Shown here piece after piece: positions 1 through 9,632 of a stretch of DNA of 54,741 bases. Every line of letters starts with the position of its first letter. The stretch's first letter is position 1. The stretch comes from a virus (Duplodnaviria; Caudoviricetes), in IMG/VR virus record IMGVR_UViG_3300022200_000058, positions 1 through 54,741 of that record; one strand, written 5' to 3'. Both the position numbers and the translations under genes were made by a program. Below the pieces are notes generated by a model. It was not told where the DNA came from. It saw only the letters and a program-made list of their open reading frames with translations, and ran no database searches.

Positions 1-205
1 TACGAGGGACGTTCACATCACCACCTAAGACTCTGCCAGATTTTACAATAAGTGCAGCCATACGAAAACGATAATCTGAAGTAAGAGCTATCTTAGATGC
101 TGCCGCAAGAAAAGAAACATCGTTATTAGATAATGATTCAGAAACGTAATCATATTGTTTATAGGGATTTTTTAAATAAGTATTTGAATAACTGATCTTC
201 TGCAT
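1..205 (-). CDS. Putative cytidine/dCMP deaminase-family protein, N-terminal part (runs off window edge)
   Basis: Not in ORF track. Manual translation from ATG at 205: MQKISY...FLAAASKIALTSDYRFRMAALIVKSGRVLGGDVNVP. Resembles the deaminase N-terminus; the catalytic HAE motif would lie outside the window. Confidence 0.5.
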   Translation of the reverse strand, partial: MQKISYSNTYLKNPYKQYDYVSESLSNNDVSFLAAASKIALTSDYRFRMAALIVKSGRVLGGDVNVPR

Positions 206-223
206 GAGAGCATTATAGCAGAA

Positions 224-703
224 TTAGTTTGCGAGCGCTTCGATCTGTCCGAAGTGTTCTGGGCAGACGTAACGAACTACGTAACGCATGTACAGACCAA
301 TGCTGTCGTTGAGTGCGGGGTCAACGTCAGCAACCATTAGCATAACTTCAACAAGAAGTCTGTCAATTGCAATTCCTTGATCAAGTGAATCACAAATGCC
401 AGCACCAAGGTTGATGAGAACATCATCGGTGTAGCTATAATACCACAAGGGTGTGTCACTTCTCACCATGTCCAGATAAACATCTGGCTGATACCCGTTC
501 ATTGGAGGCTCCTCATAGGGAGCCAATGTGGGACGGGTCTCAGGTGTTGGTGCTTCAGTAGTAGTGGTTGGAGCAGCAGTTGTTTCTACTGGCTCTTCAG
601 CAACAGGGGGTTGAGTAGTTGTTGCTTCTACGTATACAATTTTTTCTCCACCGCAAGCGGCAAGAAAAATAATGGGTAAAAGAATAATCTTTTTCATTAC
701 CAT
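224..703 (-). CDS. Lipoprotein with DUF732-like C-terminal domain
   Basis: Lipobox FLAAC, Thr/Pro/Glu-rich linker, C-terminal pattern G..ICD.LD.G...CPEH. Confidence 0.65.
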   Translation of the reverse strand: MVMKKIILLPIIFLAACGGEKIVYVEATTTQPPVAEEPVETTAAPTTTTEAPTPETRPTLAPYEEPPMNGYQPDVYLDMVRSDTPLWYYSYTDDVLINLGAGICDSLDQGIAIDRLLVEVMLMVADVDPALNDSIGLYMRYVVRYVCPEHFGQIEALAN

Positions 704-2379
704 CTTCCTTTATTGTAATTAATTTTGTTTTGTAGCCACTGAGGACGAGGATTGTTCTCATAATATTTACCAATAATTTGAGAAGCAGTTCCTTTAGTCA
801 TATCTGCCGTAAGTGGGACACCAATCCGTTTAAGAGTTCTTTTCTGGGCATCTGTTGGAGCATCACTGCGCCAAGCAGAAGTAGCATCAATAAGGTTTGT
901 ATCAAACCTGTTTGTAATCCATTTATCTGCACGAACAAAAGCATCTCTCATATCTTCTGGATAGCCTAAAATACGAGATGTTTTAAAGTTATCTGCAGAA
1001 CGATTGAAATATTCTACAACCCATCGACCTAACGTGTCAAGATATATTCTGAGAGAATTAGATCCATCTATTGCCAAATGATATGTATTTTCATCTATTT
1101 CAGCCCAAACAAAACGAGAATATTGAACTACAACTTCATTTGGTGGGGGTGGCATAAACAGATCAATACGTTTATAGGCAAGTTTGATATCTTCAGGGTT
1201 GAGGACGCGCACTGCTTCGCCAGGACAAAATTCTTCAAGTTCTTTATATTCTTTAGATACGTCTACTAAATCTTGTCCATTTAGGTCGAAGTCCGGTGGT
1301 AAACCAAGAAGAGACGGTAGGCCAAGGGGTTTCTTGCCTTTTGTGGTGTCTGCAAAATCTAAAACCTTGCAATGTTCTTTCCCTTCAAACAGACGAGTAC
1401 CACGACCCACAATCTGTGTATATAGTAATGTTGATCTTGTGGGTCTTGCAAGGATAATAGCTTCTACAGATGGCTCGTCAAAACCTTCAGTAAGAACACC
1501 AACGTTAACAAGAACCCTAGTCTCCCCAGAAGAGAAGCGGGCAAGGATTGCATGCCTTTCTTCACTAGGGGTAGAGCCAATGATAACTTCAGCATTTATT
1601 GACGCTTGCCTAAAGGATGCGGCCAGGTCATTCGCGTGTTCGATACCTGCACAAAAGGCAATGGCTTTAGCATCACCACATATCTCCATATAGCTAGCAA
1701 CGATAGTAGCATTACGCTGAGGAGTGTTAATAGTATCTTCCAATTGAGAAACGACGTAATCACCTTCACGGCTTTGTACCTCCGAAATATCTGTATCAGT
1801 TTGGATTCTATATCCAACAATTCTTGATAGCCAACCTTGTTCGATAAGATCAACTATTGTCTTATAGTATACTATCTCATCAAATACGTCTGTCAAGCGC
1901 GTATTGTCAGATCTTTGTGGAGTTGCAGTTACACCTAAGGTAAAACTATTTTCAAAATAGTCAAGAATACGACGATAGGTAGGAGCAGCAGCATGATGCG
2001 CCTCGTCAATGACGATGGTTCGAAAATAGTCTCTCGGGAATCTATTAATGCGATCACTACCATCCCTACCAAGAGTAGGAACGGAAGCAACAACAACGTT
2101 AGCATTTGTAGTTGCATGATTTTCTGCCTGTTCTATTTCCACTGTAAGATGTGGGTTAGACCATTCTAGCTTATCTTTGGCTTGTGTAAGAAGTTCTTCT
2201 CTATGAGCCAAAATTAGCATAGGTAAAGCGTTGTCTATGTGTTGCGGAAGATGAGTAAAAATGACCGTTTTTCCTGCACCAGTTGGAAGTACAACTAGCT
2301 GACGCGTAACATTATTTTCAATAAAAGACTTGATAGAGTCAAGTGCTTCTTGTTGATACGGTCTTAGCTCAACAGTCAT
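697..2379 (-). CDS. SF2 DEAD/DEAH-box helicase (ResIII/IRC3-like)
   Basis: Q motif LRPYQ, Walker A PTGAGKT, DEAH, TAT, TEGFD, QIVGRGTR. Confidence 0.95.
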   Translation of the reverse strand: MTVELRPYQQEALDSIKSFIENNVTRQLVVLPTGAGKTVIFTHLPQHIDNALPMLILAHREELLTQAKDKLEWSNPHLTVEIEQAENHATTNANVVVASVPTLGRDGSDRINRFPRDYFRTIVIDEAHHAAAPTYRRILDYFENSFTLGVTATPQRSDNTRLTDVFDEIVYYKTIVDLIEQGWLSRIVGYRIQTDTDISEVQSREGDYVVSQLEDTINTPQRNATIVASYMEICGDAKAIAFCAGIEHANDLAASFRQASINAEVIIGSTPSEERHAILARFSSGETRVLVNVGVLTEGFDEPSVEAIILARPTRSTLLYTQIVGRGTRLFEGKEHCKVLDFADTTKGKKPLGLPSLLGLPPDFDLNGQDLVDVSKEYKELEEFCPGEAVRVLNPEDIKLAYKRIDLFMPPPPNEVVVQYSRFVWAEIDENTYHLAIDGSNSLRIYLDTLGRWVVEYFNRSADNFKTSRILGYPEDMRDAFVRADKWITNRFDTNLIDATSAWRSDAPTDAQKRTLKRIGVPLTADMTKGTASQIIGKYYENNPRPQWLQNKINYNKGRW

Positions 2380-2387
2380 AATTTACC

Positions 2388-2558
2388 TCAGTACATTGGT
2401 TCGCCGTAAGCAAATTCTCTTTGCATAAGAGATTCAATATAGTCTTCAAATTCTTGGTCTGTAGTCTCTGTAGAAAATATAAATACTACATGAGAATTTG
2501 TTTCTTCATTTTCTATTGTTTTAATTTTATTTGGGGGGGTTTTTGTCATTAGTTTCAT
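2388..2558 (-). CDS. Small hypothetical protein (56 aa)
   Basis: Manual ORF MKLMTKTPP...GEPMY fills the gap between co-oriented genes. Confidence 0.6.
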   Translation of the reverse strand: MKLMTKTPPNKIKTIENEETNSHVVFIFSTETTDQEFEDYIESLMQREFAYGEPMY

Positions 2559-2569
2559 TTTATTTTTCC

Positions 2570-3214
2570 TTACTTAAAACTATCTTGCATAGCAAGATGT
2601 TGTTCTTGTGTAAGATCTGAAAAGTCAAAGTATTGTAAATCAGCTGGAGAACCAGGAGTTGGAACAAATACTATTTTTTGGGAAGAAAGATAAGAATAAA
2701 TTTCTTGGACAGTGTACAGAGCATGATTTAGATGAGTGAAATGATAATACATTGAAACAATGTCATTTCCAACAGAATCAAAATCAAATTCGTCTACTTG
2801 AGAAGATATATATTCTTCAGTTTTCCAAGAAATAGTGTTTCCTTCAATGCTAAAAGGTTGAACAAAAACAAAAGCATTGTGTTCTGATACAACCATGCTA
2901 ACCATAGCATGATTTTCACCATAGTTGCTAAAGTTAGTTATTAAAGCTGAGTCTGCTCCAAGTGCAACATAAGATTGCATGACAGAAGCAATTCTAGAAT
3001 ATTTTTTTTCAATGTCATTTTGAACAGTGTCTGCGACTACCAAAATAACCTGAGGAGGAATATCTTCATCAAAATCTGGAGCTTTATAAATTCTAATAAA
3101 TGTGGTATTAATAATACTCAAATCATTAGAAAGCATAGACTCAGCAGCATTGAGAGATTGTGTTAAATCCTCAACAAACTCTTTAGCAGAATCAATATGG
3201 GATTGTTCAAACAT
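2570..3214 (-). CDS. Hypothetical protein
   Basis: 214-aa ORF tightly packed in the operon. Confidence 0.75.
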   Translation of the reverse strand: MFEQSHIDSAKEFVEDLTQSLNAAESMLSNDLSIINTTFIRIYKAPDFDEDIPPQVILVVADTVQNDIEKKYSRIASVMQSYVALGADSALITNFSNYGENHAMVSMVVSEHNAFVFVQPFSIEGNTISWKTEEYISSQVDEFDFDSVGNDIVSMYYHFTHLNHALYTVQEIYSYLSSQKIVFVPTPGSPADLQYFDFSDLTQEQHLAMQDSFK

Positions 3215-3215
3215 G

Positions 3216-3506
3216 TTATCCTTTTACGATAGTTGAAATAGCAACAGTAAATACATAAGAAGCGTACAGGTACAGAACACCAAAAGCACCGATAAGCGTG
3301 AGACTTGGGGCGCTAAACGCAAGTGCTATAAAGGCTGCGCTTTCTGCTGCCCAATAGGTGAGAAGCGCAGCAACCTTAGTCGATTTACGCGCAAGAAAAG
3401 CTCGAATACGAGGAAATCTACGCTTTTTGTTAACATTACGAATAAGGATATTTGGTGAGAAGTTGTAAAGAACTTCTGTTGGATAAATAATTGTTGATGA
3501 ATTCAC
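3216..3506 (-). CDS. Hypothetical membrane protein
   Basis: Two C-terminal hydrophobic segments; AAAGG upstream. Confidence 0.7.
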   Translation of the reverse strand: MNSSTIIYPTEVLYNFSPNILIRNVNKKRRFPRIRAFLARKSTKVAALLTYWAAESAAFIALAFSAPSLTLIGAFGVLYLYASYVFTVAISTIVKG

Positions 3507-3538
3507 AATGCTTTGACCTTTCGAAAATTTTTTTATTT

Positions 3539-4015
3539 TTACTTGTCTTTAAATGCTTCTGCTAATTTTCTTTGTGAACGGTGCTTATGTACTCTTACTG
3601 AACCGTGAGACATGTTAAGTTGTTGAGATATTTCTGTTGATTTAAATCCACACCAATATGAGAGAAACATTATTTTCTTTTGAGTTTCTGTTAATGGTTT
3701 AAAGTATTTTGCGAAATCTTGTGGTGTCTGTTCGAAATATGTGTCAGTGTGAGGTGGATGTTCTTGTTCGAACAGCTCATATGTTTGATACAAATTCTGG
3801 TTTCTAATATAGTCAATATGCTTGTAATAAGCTATTGTTAGCGTTAAAGAAAGAAATTGATCTCTGGTAAATTCCTTGTCTTTGATTTTATTCCAAGCTA
3901 GATAGATAGAGTAGTTATAAATGTAATCAGGTTCTTTACAGTTTTTCCTGTAAAGAAAAGACATTACTGGTTTCTTAAACTCTTTATAGTATTCTTCTAA
4001 AGTTTTCACGTTCAT
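3539..4015 (-). CDS. ECF-type sigma-70 family sigma factor
   Basis: Region 2-like LTIAYYKHIDYIR; region 4 LTETQKKIMFL...GFKSTEISQQLNMSHGSVRVHKHR. Confidence 0.8.
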   Translation of the reverse strand: MNVKTLEEYYKEFKKPVMSFLYRKNCKEPDYIYNYSIYLAWNKIKDKEFTRDQFLSLTLTIAYYKHIDYIRNQNLYQTYELFEQEHPPHTDTYFEQTPQDFAKYFKPLTETQKKIMFLSYWCGFKSTEISQQLNMSHGSVRVHKHRSQRKLAEAFKDK

Positions 4016-4221
4016 CCTTTCATTTCTTCAGTTTGGATATAACGTATGTCTAACCAACCTTTCCAGTTGGTAGTTAAACTTTGTACAAGTAGACAGTATC
4101 TTCTTTGATAGCTATGTTGGTAACCATATTTAATTAACATATAGTCGTTGCCGTGTTTATTAATCAGTTTCCTAGTTTTACCGTCTGCTGTCTGATGGTT
4201 TTTTTTGATACGTATTTGCAT
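4012..4221 (-). CDS. Small hypothetical protein between RNAP-like gene and sigma factor (probable start MQIRIKK)
   Basis: Non-overlapping 3' part of ORF 4012..4437; 4-bp overlap with the sigma start. Confidence 0.5.
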   Translation of the reverse strand: MQIRIKKNHQTADGKTRKLINKHGNDYMLIKYGYQHSYQRRYCLLVQSLTTNWKGWLDIRYIQTEEMKG

Positions 4222-4288
4222 ATAAATAAAAAAATGTATGGTGCCCACATAACCTGGTATAACTAGGTTAGTGGACACCATACATTCA

Positions 4289-6787
4289 TTAGATTGAGCC
4301 TGTAATAGGACTGTCTTTGGAATGTGCCTTCTGAAACTCAAGCGGTGTTGTATACTTACATAGGTCTCCATTGGAGTCCAAATACCACCATTCCGTGTTT
4401 TTAAATGAACGAATGCTAAGTTCACCGTTAGATTCAACTTTACAGCTGACGGTGTTAGCTAGTCCATAAAACTGGAGTGCTCGTTCCAGATAAGGAAACA
4501 CTTTATTGTTCATCACTACTTGATCTGTGATGGTCCCGTTAGTAGTAGGCACTTTGATGGATGCTGAGTACAAGCCAAGCACGTAGTCGTGTTTGTCTTC
4601 TTCTCTGGGCATTCGTTCAATTGCTCGTACTACGAACGCATAGATGTCATCCCATTGCTTGGTGCTAATGGCTCCGTTGCTGATGTCAGAGTTGGCATCA
4701 TAAGATAGCCGCCGAAACTCTCGCAACGTGTTTTGTGTTGCGAAATACATTCGTGCACCTAGTTGGTGGATGATTTCTGGAGGACGACAGTTTTCCTGGG
4801 TCCATTCATACATGTCTTTACGATATTTCTTATACATATCGTAGAAAGATTTGTATGTTTTGGAAATGACTCCTTCATGCAGGATTGGTTCTTGACCTTT
4901 TTCAAGATACCATGGTGTGCCTCTGGTGGCCCAAAGAGCAGATTCAATGGGCTTGTTGGAGGCAATAACTTCTTGCATGATTTGCTTTGCTTCCATGTCG
5001 ATTGCTACAACATCAAGTTCGTGATCAGGGTTGATACACTTGTCGATGGCATCTTCTAGTGAACACAGTGGGTTCGGACGATGCTTTCCAATCGTGGAAG
5101 AGTGGATGATTGCTGAGTTGACATAGCCACCAACGTTGCCACCTTTCATGGCAATGCTGATGTCTCGTTCAACATCTTCTTGGGTATATGGACCTGTGCG
5201 GTAGGCTTTGGGTTCATGGGAGGATGGTAGGCCTTTGTAAGCAACTTCGTAATCGAATATTGCTTCTGAAAGGCGCTTTGGCCAACGAGAGTTGTTGACC
5301 TTGGGGAACCTGATTTCAGTACCATCTGCTTTGTGCCATGTAGGGTTCCATTCTCCTTCAACATAGTCGAAGATGGAATACTCTCCATGCCCGTTTGGTG
5401 AACGTGCTACGATGACTTTCTTACCAATATGATTTCCTGCGCCTTCCATCTCACGATAGAAGAGCTGAAAGAAATCGTCTTGGTCAGGGCCACCGTGGCT
5501 GTCATACATTTCAATGTAGTCAAGATCATTGACAACATGGCATTGAAGCTCATTGGATCGAACGATAGTGCCTGGTTCTACCATGAGTTCTTGCCCTGCC
5601 ATGCGAGCAAGTGATTCTGAAATGACCTGTTCATAAACGGCGCAAGGTACTGGAATCTTATTCTTCTTAAGGGGATCAGCATGTCGTGCACCAACGTTGT
5701 TGGCAAGCCATGGTGAATCCGTAATCTTGAAGCCAAGAGAAGTCCAACGATAACCGATGTAAGACATACGGGCTCGTTCTTCGTTCTCTTCAGGAGATTC
5801 CTTATCTTTCCATGTACGCTGGTAAATGGAACGCCAGTTAGTAAGAAGTGTTCCTGACTTAACGTCATCAAACAGTTTCTTGTATTCCTCTTTGAGCCAC
5901 ATTTCCATATCACTCTTACGGAAGAGTTTAGGAAGATTGACCATAGTTTGCTCATTGCTGAGAGTCTTGGTCTTTGCTGGTTGCGGTTCAGCAAGGAAAC
6001 GGAAACCGTTGTAATAGAACATTTCTTTCTTGATATTACCTGATTCACAGATAACATCAATGCCTTCTGGAAGGTCATCTACAGCAAAGGCGTTACCTTT
6101 GAGATGTCCTTGTTCAAAGATTAAACGTACGTTCCAAGCCTTGTTGCGTAGAAGATAGTTTACAAGGTTACGTCGACCACGAGGGTCAAAGTAATATTCT
6201 TGTGAATCTTCATTGTTCTGAGGTTCATATACGGGAAGGTGAGCTACTGCTTTCTGAATCAGACGAGTGCTGATTACGAAACCACCGTCAAGCAGTCGGT
6301 CTTTGTGGTCTCGATAATATTGGTGAAGATTTTCATCTTCAAAGTCGTAACGAGTGAATCGTGTTGGGTCGACTTCTAGTACATTAATCTCATCTCGGTC
6401 AAATCGACAGTTGATGAGAGTGGGTCGATGAGCAGACTTGAGTCGTTTATTAGTCTTGTCACCTGATTCTAGGTGATATCCCAAAGTATTGAGAGCGGAC
6501 ATCCATCCGGGACTGTTGCTAAACACAACAAAGACAATCTTATTCTTGTCTACTAAAGCATATTGTACTTCTGGCTTATGAAGAAACTGCTTAGCGATTT
6601 TGAACTCTTTAGTTGATTGTGGAATCGGCAGAGTATACATGGTGTAATCGCCACCATATTCTTCAAGAACCTCACGTACAATGCCCGAATCGTAAAACCC
6701 CATCTGGTAGTTTTCCCGGCTGCGTAGAGGACCGTTGGAGTCGATCTTCATACGACATACGGGTTTGTAGATTCGATTTTTTGACAC
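4289..6787 (-). CDS. Putative single-subunit two-barrel (YonO/RdRP-like) DNA-dependent RNA polymerase
   Basis: Motifs LDGGFVIS, NVR..(x6)LKG, HGGPDQDDFF (variant of GxDxDGD) and VIVARSPN; 832 aa. Confidence 0.65.
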   Translation of the reverse strand: MSKNRIYKPVCRMKIDSNGPLRSRENYQMGFYDSGIVREVLEEYGGDYTMYTLPIPQSTKEFKIAKQFLHKPEVQYALVDKNKIVFVVFSNSPGWMSALNTLGYHLESGDKTNKRLKSAHRPTLINCRFDRDEINVLEVDPTRFTRYDFEDENLHQYYRDHKDRLLDGGFVISTRLIQKAVAHLPVYEPQNNEDSQEYYFDPRGRRNLVNYLLRNKAWNVRLIFEQGHLKGNAFAVDDLPEGIDVICESGNIKKEMFYYNGFRFLAEPQPAKTKTLSNEQTMVNLPKLFRKSDMEMWLKEEYKKLFDDVKSGTLLTNWRSIYQRTWKDKESPEENEERARMSYIGYRWTSLGFKITDSPWLANNVGARHADPLKKNKIPVPCAVYEQVISESLARMAGQELMVEPGTIVRSNELQCHVVNDLDYIEMYDSHGGPDQDDFFQLFYREMEGAGNHIGKKVIVARSPNGHGEYSIFDYVEGEWNPTWHKADGTEIRFPKVNNSRWPKRLSEAIFDYEVAYKGLPSSHEPKAYRTGPYTQEDVERDISIAMKGGNVGGYVNSAIIHSSTIGKHRPNPLCSLEDAIDKCINPDHELDVVAIDMEAKQIMQEVIASNKPIESALWATRGTPWYLEKGQEPILHEGVISKTYKSFYDMYKKYRKDMYEWTQENCRPPEIIHQLGARMYFATQNTLREFRRLSYDANSDISNGAISTKQWDDIYAFVVRAIERMPREEDKHDYVLGLYSASIKVPTTNGTITDQVVMNNKVFPYLERALQFYGLANTVSCKVESNGELSIRSFKNTEWWYLDSNGDLCKYTTPLEFQKAHSKDSPITGSI

Positions 6788-6829
6788 TGTTTACCTTCCG
6801 TTGTAGTGTATGATGTTGTATGTATTGGT

Positions 6830-7258
6830 TCATTTGCGAACTTTACTGACAAGTAGTCTTGTCACCCAAAGTGGGAATGTGACTACTTTAAGGATGAAGT
6901 AAACAATCTTGAAGAAATCAGAGATGGTTTGAGACCATTTCTTACTGGTTTCTTTTGCTTGCTGCTTCTTGTGTGCGATTCTGTTTCCCCCTTCTGCATG
7001 CGCTTTTTCGGTATCATACGTCCATTCAAGAACTTGATAGCCAGGAATAGACATTAAAGTGCTGATAATGGCTGCTGTCATAGCAGTCAAGCCAATGGCA
7101 CCAAACATTGTACCGATAGCGTATGATAAACCAAGTGAAATAGCAAGATTGACAAGTACATTATTCTTAGCAAGCTGCCTCATTAGTGGAACTTTAGAAG
7201 CGATAAGCATTTCTAAAGCAAATGATGCGATTGCTAGTGTAATAGCAAATCCGAACAT
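6830..7258 (-). CDS. Multi-pass membrane protein
   Basis: 3-4 hydrophobic helices; RBS AAAGGA. Confidence 0.75.
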   Translation of the reverse strand: MFGFAITLAIASFALEMLIASKVPLMRQLAKNNVLVNLAISLGLSYAIGTMFGAIGLTAMTAAIISTLMSIPGYQVLEWTYDTEKAHAEGGNRIAHKKQQAKETSKKWSQTISDFFKIVYFILKVVTFPLWVTRLLVSKVRK

Positions 7259-7379
7259 GATTCCTTTCTTGTGTATAATTATTCATTTTGTATGTATAAA
7301 ACAAGGATGTTGGGAGGGAGGAGGAGCGAACAGTTACTAGACTTCACTGGGAAGGATCGCTCCCCCTCCCAAACCTGGG

Positions 7380-8111
7380 TTACATATTCCAGGGTGACCA
7401 ACCTGAGTTAAGCCAGATAGAATATCCAGCCTTCAGATTGGTTTCTGGATCATAGAGATCATCACAAGATGTGAGAACTCCATGTGATTGTAACCAGCCA
7501 TCAGGCCAGTATTGGGTAGGTTTACACCAAAACTGGTTAATCTGCATTAAGCCATTTGAGCCACCCATTGGGTCGTCAGGATTATGTTGTTCAGGTTGAC
7601 ATCTACTTTCTCTCCAGAGAACATATGACAACTTAGACAACTCTTCTTGTGGCCATCCGATTGAAGTAGCAAGTTCGTGCCACATGGGACACATTGAATC
7701 TTCAGCTGCTTGTCGATATGGTTTAACTGGTTCAGTAGTTGTTGTGGTTATTGATTTAATATTGACTGAACGAACTGGCTGTGGAACTGCGGGTTCAGTT
7801 CGTGCTGGATCGTTCAACACTTGTTCCCAATTAGGGTCAAGTGTAATACCATCAGGAAGATCAGGAAGTTGTGGTCTCCATTCTTCCGATGAATGCGTAT
7901 CTAAAGATAAACTATAGTACGCAAGAGGATTGCCAACTTCTTTAATGTTGGAAGTGTCTGCAGTTGGATTATCTACTGCCTGACCAGTTCCACCAATAAG
8001 GACTATTGCTGCTAACATAATTGTTACCATAATAACAGCTATTGGCAAGGGTATTATTTCAGTATAATGTGTTTTCTTAGTGAGTTTGCGTATCAACGCT
8101 TTTTTAATCAC
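7380..8111 (-). CDS. Membrane-anchored lysozyme-like/SLT lytic transglycosylase
   Basis: Catalytic WRES and GLMQIN motifs; N-terminal TM helix; probable GTG start at 8111 after AAAGGAG. Confidence 0.85.
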   Translation of the reverse strand: MIKKALIRKLTKKTHYTEIIPLPIAVIMVTIMLAAIVLIGGTGQAVDNPTADTSNIKEVGNPLAYYSLSLDTHSSEEWRPQLPDLPDGITLDPNWEQVLNDPARTEPAVPQPVRSVNIKSITTTTTEPVKPYRQAAEDSMCPMWHELATSIGWPQEELSKLSYVLWRESRCQPEQHNPDDPMGGSNGLMQINQFWCKPTQYWPDGWLQSHGVLTSCDDLYDPETNLKAGYSIWLNSGWSPWNM

Positions 8112-8379
8112 AATCGCTCCTTTCGTCGCGACTGACATGGTACTTCCTATGTCAGTGTAACGCAGGTTGCGAAACGAGTTCTGCCTAATGTATTTACGGC
8201 AACGGTTATTATTATCTCGTTTCACAGTTTGCACTGCTAATTAAGGGATATTTTCCCGATGCCGTCTCCTCAGCCGGCATGAAATGATATTACTATATGA
8301 TGGTCATTCAGTGCAAGTTATTACGAAAAGATTACGTAATATCCTGCGTTGACTTATTATAGTAACACATTTCTTAGAT

Positions 8380-8667
8380 TTACCAACTGAAAGGATCGGA
8401 ATCTTCTGATTGTACGGACAATGTAAGGAAATTATTGCTTACAGTTTGTACAGTAGTTCCTTGTGGTAAATCTGGAGATGATTGAACAGTAGTGGAAAGA
8501 ATCTTATATTTTCCATGTTCTACTTTTTCAAACTGCTCTGGATTATTTTTAATATACTTTAAAAGTGTTGGAAGACTAACATTACAGTTCTCAGCCATAT
8601 CTTTTGTTTTTATACAAAGATTTGGATTGTTATTCACATATTGCTGGATTTGAGCTGTCTTAGACAT
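8380..8667 (-). CDS. HTH DNA-binding protein
   Basis: TKDMAENCNVSLPTLLKYIK HTH pattern; RBS AGGAGG. Confidence 0.6.
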   Translation of the reverse strand: MSKTAQIQQYVNNNPNLCIKTKDMAENCNVSLPTLLKYIKNNPEQFEKVEHGKYKILSTTVQSSPDLPQGTTVQTVSNNFLTLSVQSEDSDPFSW

Positions 8668-8675
8668 GTTACCTC

Positions 8676-8924
8676 CTATTGGTAACTTACTTCGTGTATT
8701 TCACAAATTGCTTCATATGATTGCTTAATTACACCAAAAGTATCATGGAGATCAGAAAGCTTATTGTAATAAATCTTTCTAAAATCACTTTGGGCATCAG
8801 ATGAGTCAGAGTCAAATGATAGAAACATCCAATCATCTGACAACACCTTAGTTAGTTCAGAAGCGTCACGAAGATTCTGAGAAATAAGAATCTGAAGTTC
8901 AGCTTCGTCAGTAGTAATTGACAT
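8676..8924 (-). CDS. Hypothetical protein (probable start MSITT)
   Basis: ORF track; AAAGG before ATG at 8924. Confidence 0.65.
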   Translation of the reverse strand: MSITTDEAELQILISQNLRDASELTKVLSDDWMFLSFDSDSSDAQSDFRKIYYNKLSDLHDTFGVIKQSYEAICEIHEVSYQ

Positions 8925-9017
8925 ATTTGCCTTTCGAGTAAGATTCTCCCTAGGGGATCTCATTACATCCTAGGGGGAGGAAATAAGGATCTAAACCCCA
9001 GGGAGAATCTCGAATTG

Positions 9018-9632
9018 TTACTGAGGTGCCGGAATAGCTCTCAGTGCGGACATCAGATCATTAGATGACTGAACAACAGGAGTAGCATCAATTCGTGCGG
9101 TCATAAGAGGCTTATCTTTGCAAATGCCCTTGTAACCGTGCTTGTTAAGAATACGAGCAGCAGTTGCTGGTGCCATGTTCAGATCTTTAGAAATCTGATT
9201 AACAGTCTTGTTCTGATTTACGTATTTATCAAGAACACTGGTAATCAAATCAGGGGTGACCTTGCGGATTCCCTGATTACGCTTTTTGTACTGCTTACGA
9301 ACAGGGGTATTAGCAGCAGCAGGAAGAGGCTTGAAAGTAGTGTTGATAAGAATACTCGAAGCCGCATTAAAGAATGCATCAAGCTGAAGCTTAGCGGAAT
9401 CAATATGATTCTTGATAGCATTGGTCTTGTAGTTGGAGCGAATATAGTTCTCAACACAAGCAGTAGCAATCAGATATGACTGAGTATTGAAGAAGTTTTC
9501 TGAAGTACCGTTGTACTTATAGATGAAAGATGAGTCTGACAAGTTGTTCATTTGAACAGAAATCTTGTTATTGGACTCAACAGTCATCTGAACTTCCACA
9601 TTGGATGAGAGTTGGATGGAATGGGTGTTCAT
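9018..9632 (-). CDS. Protein with C-terminal HTH domain
   Basis: KTVNQISKDLNMAPATAARILNKHG. Confidence 0.65.
   Translation of the reverse strand: MNTHSIQLSSNVEVQMTVESNNKISVQMNNLSDSSFIYKYNGTSENFFNTQSYLIATACVENYIRSNYKTNAIKNHIDSAKLQLDAFFNAASSILINTTFKPLPAAANTPVRKQYKKRNQGIRKVTPDLITSVLDKYVNQNKTVNQISKDLNMAPATAARILNKHGYKGICKDKPLMTARIDATPVVQSSNDLMSALRAIPAPQ

Noticed and set aside
8112-8290. c-di-AMP (ydaO) riboswitch upstream of the cell-wall hydrolase
   Set aside because: The context fits, but I could not find the conserved ydaO sequence blocks
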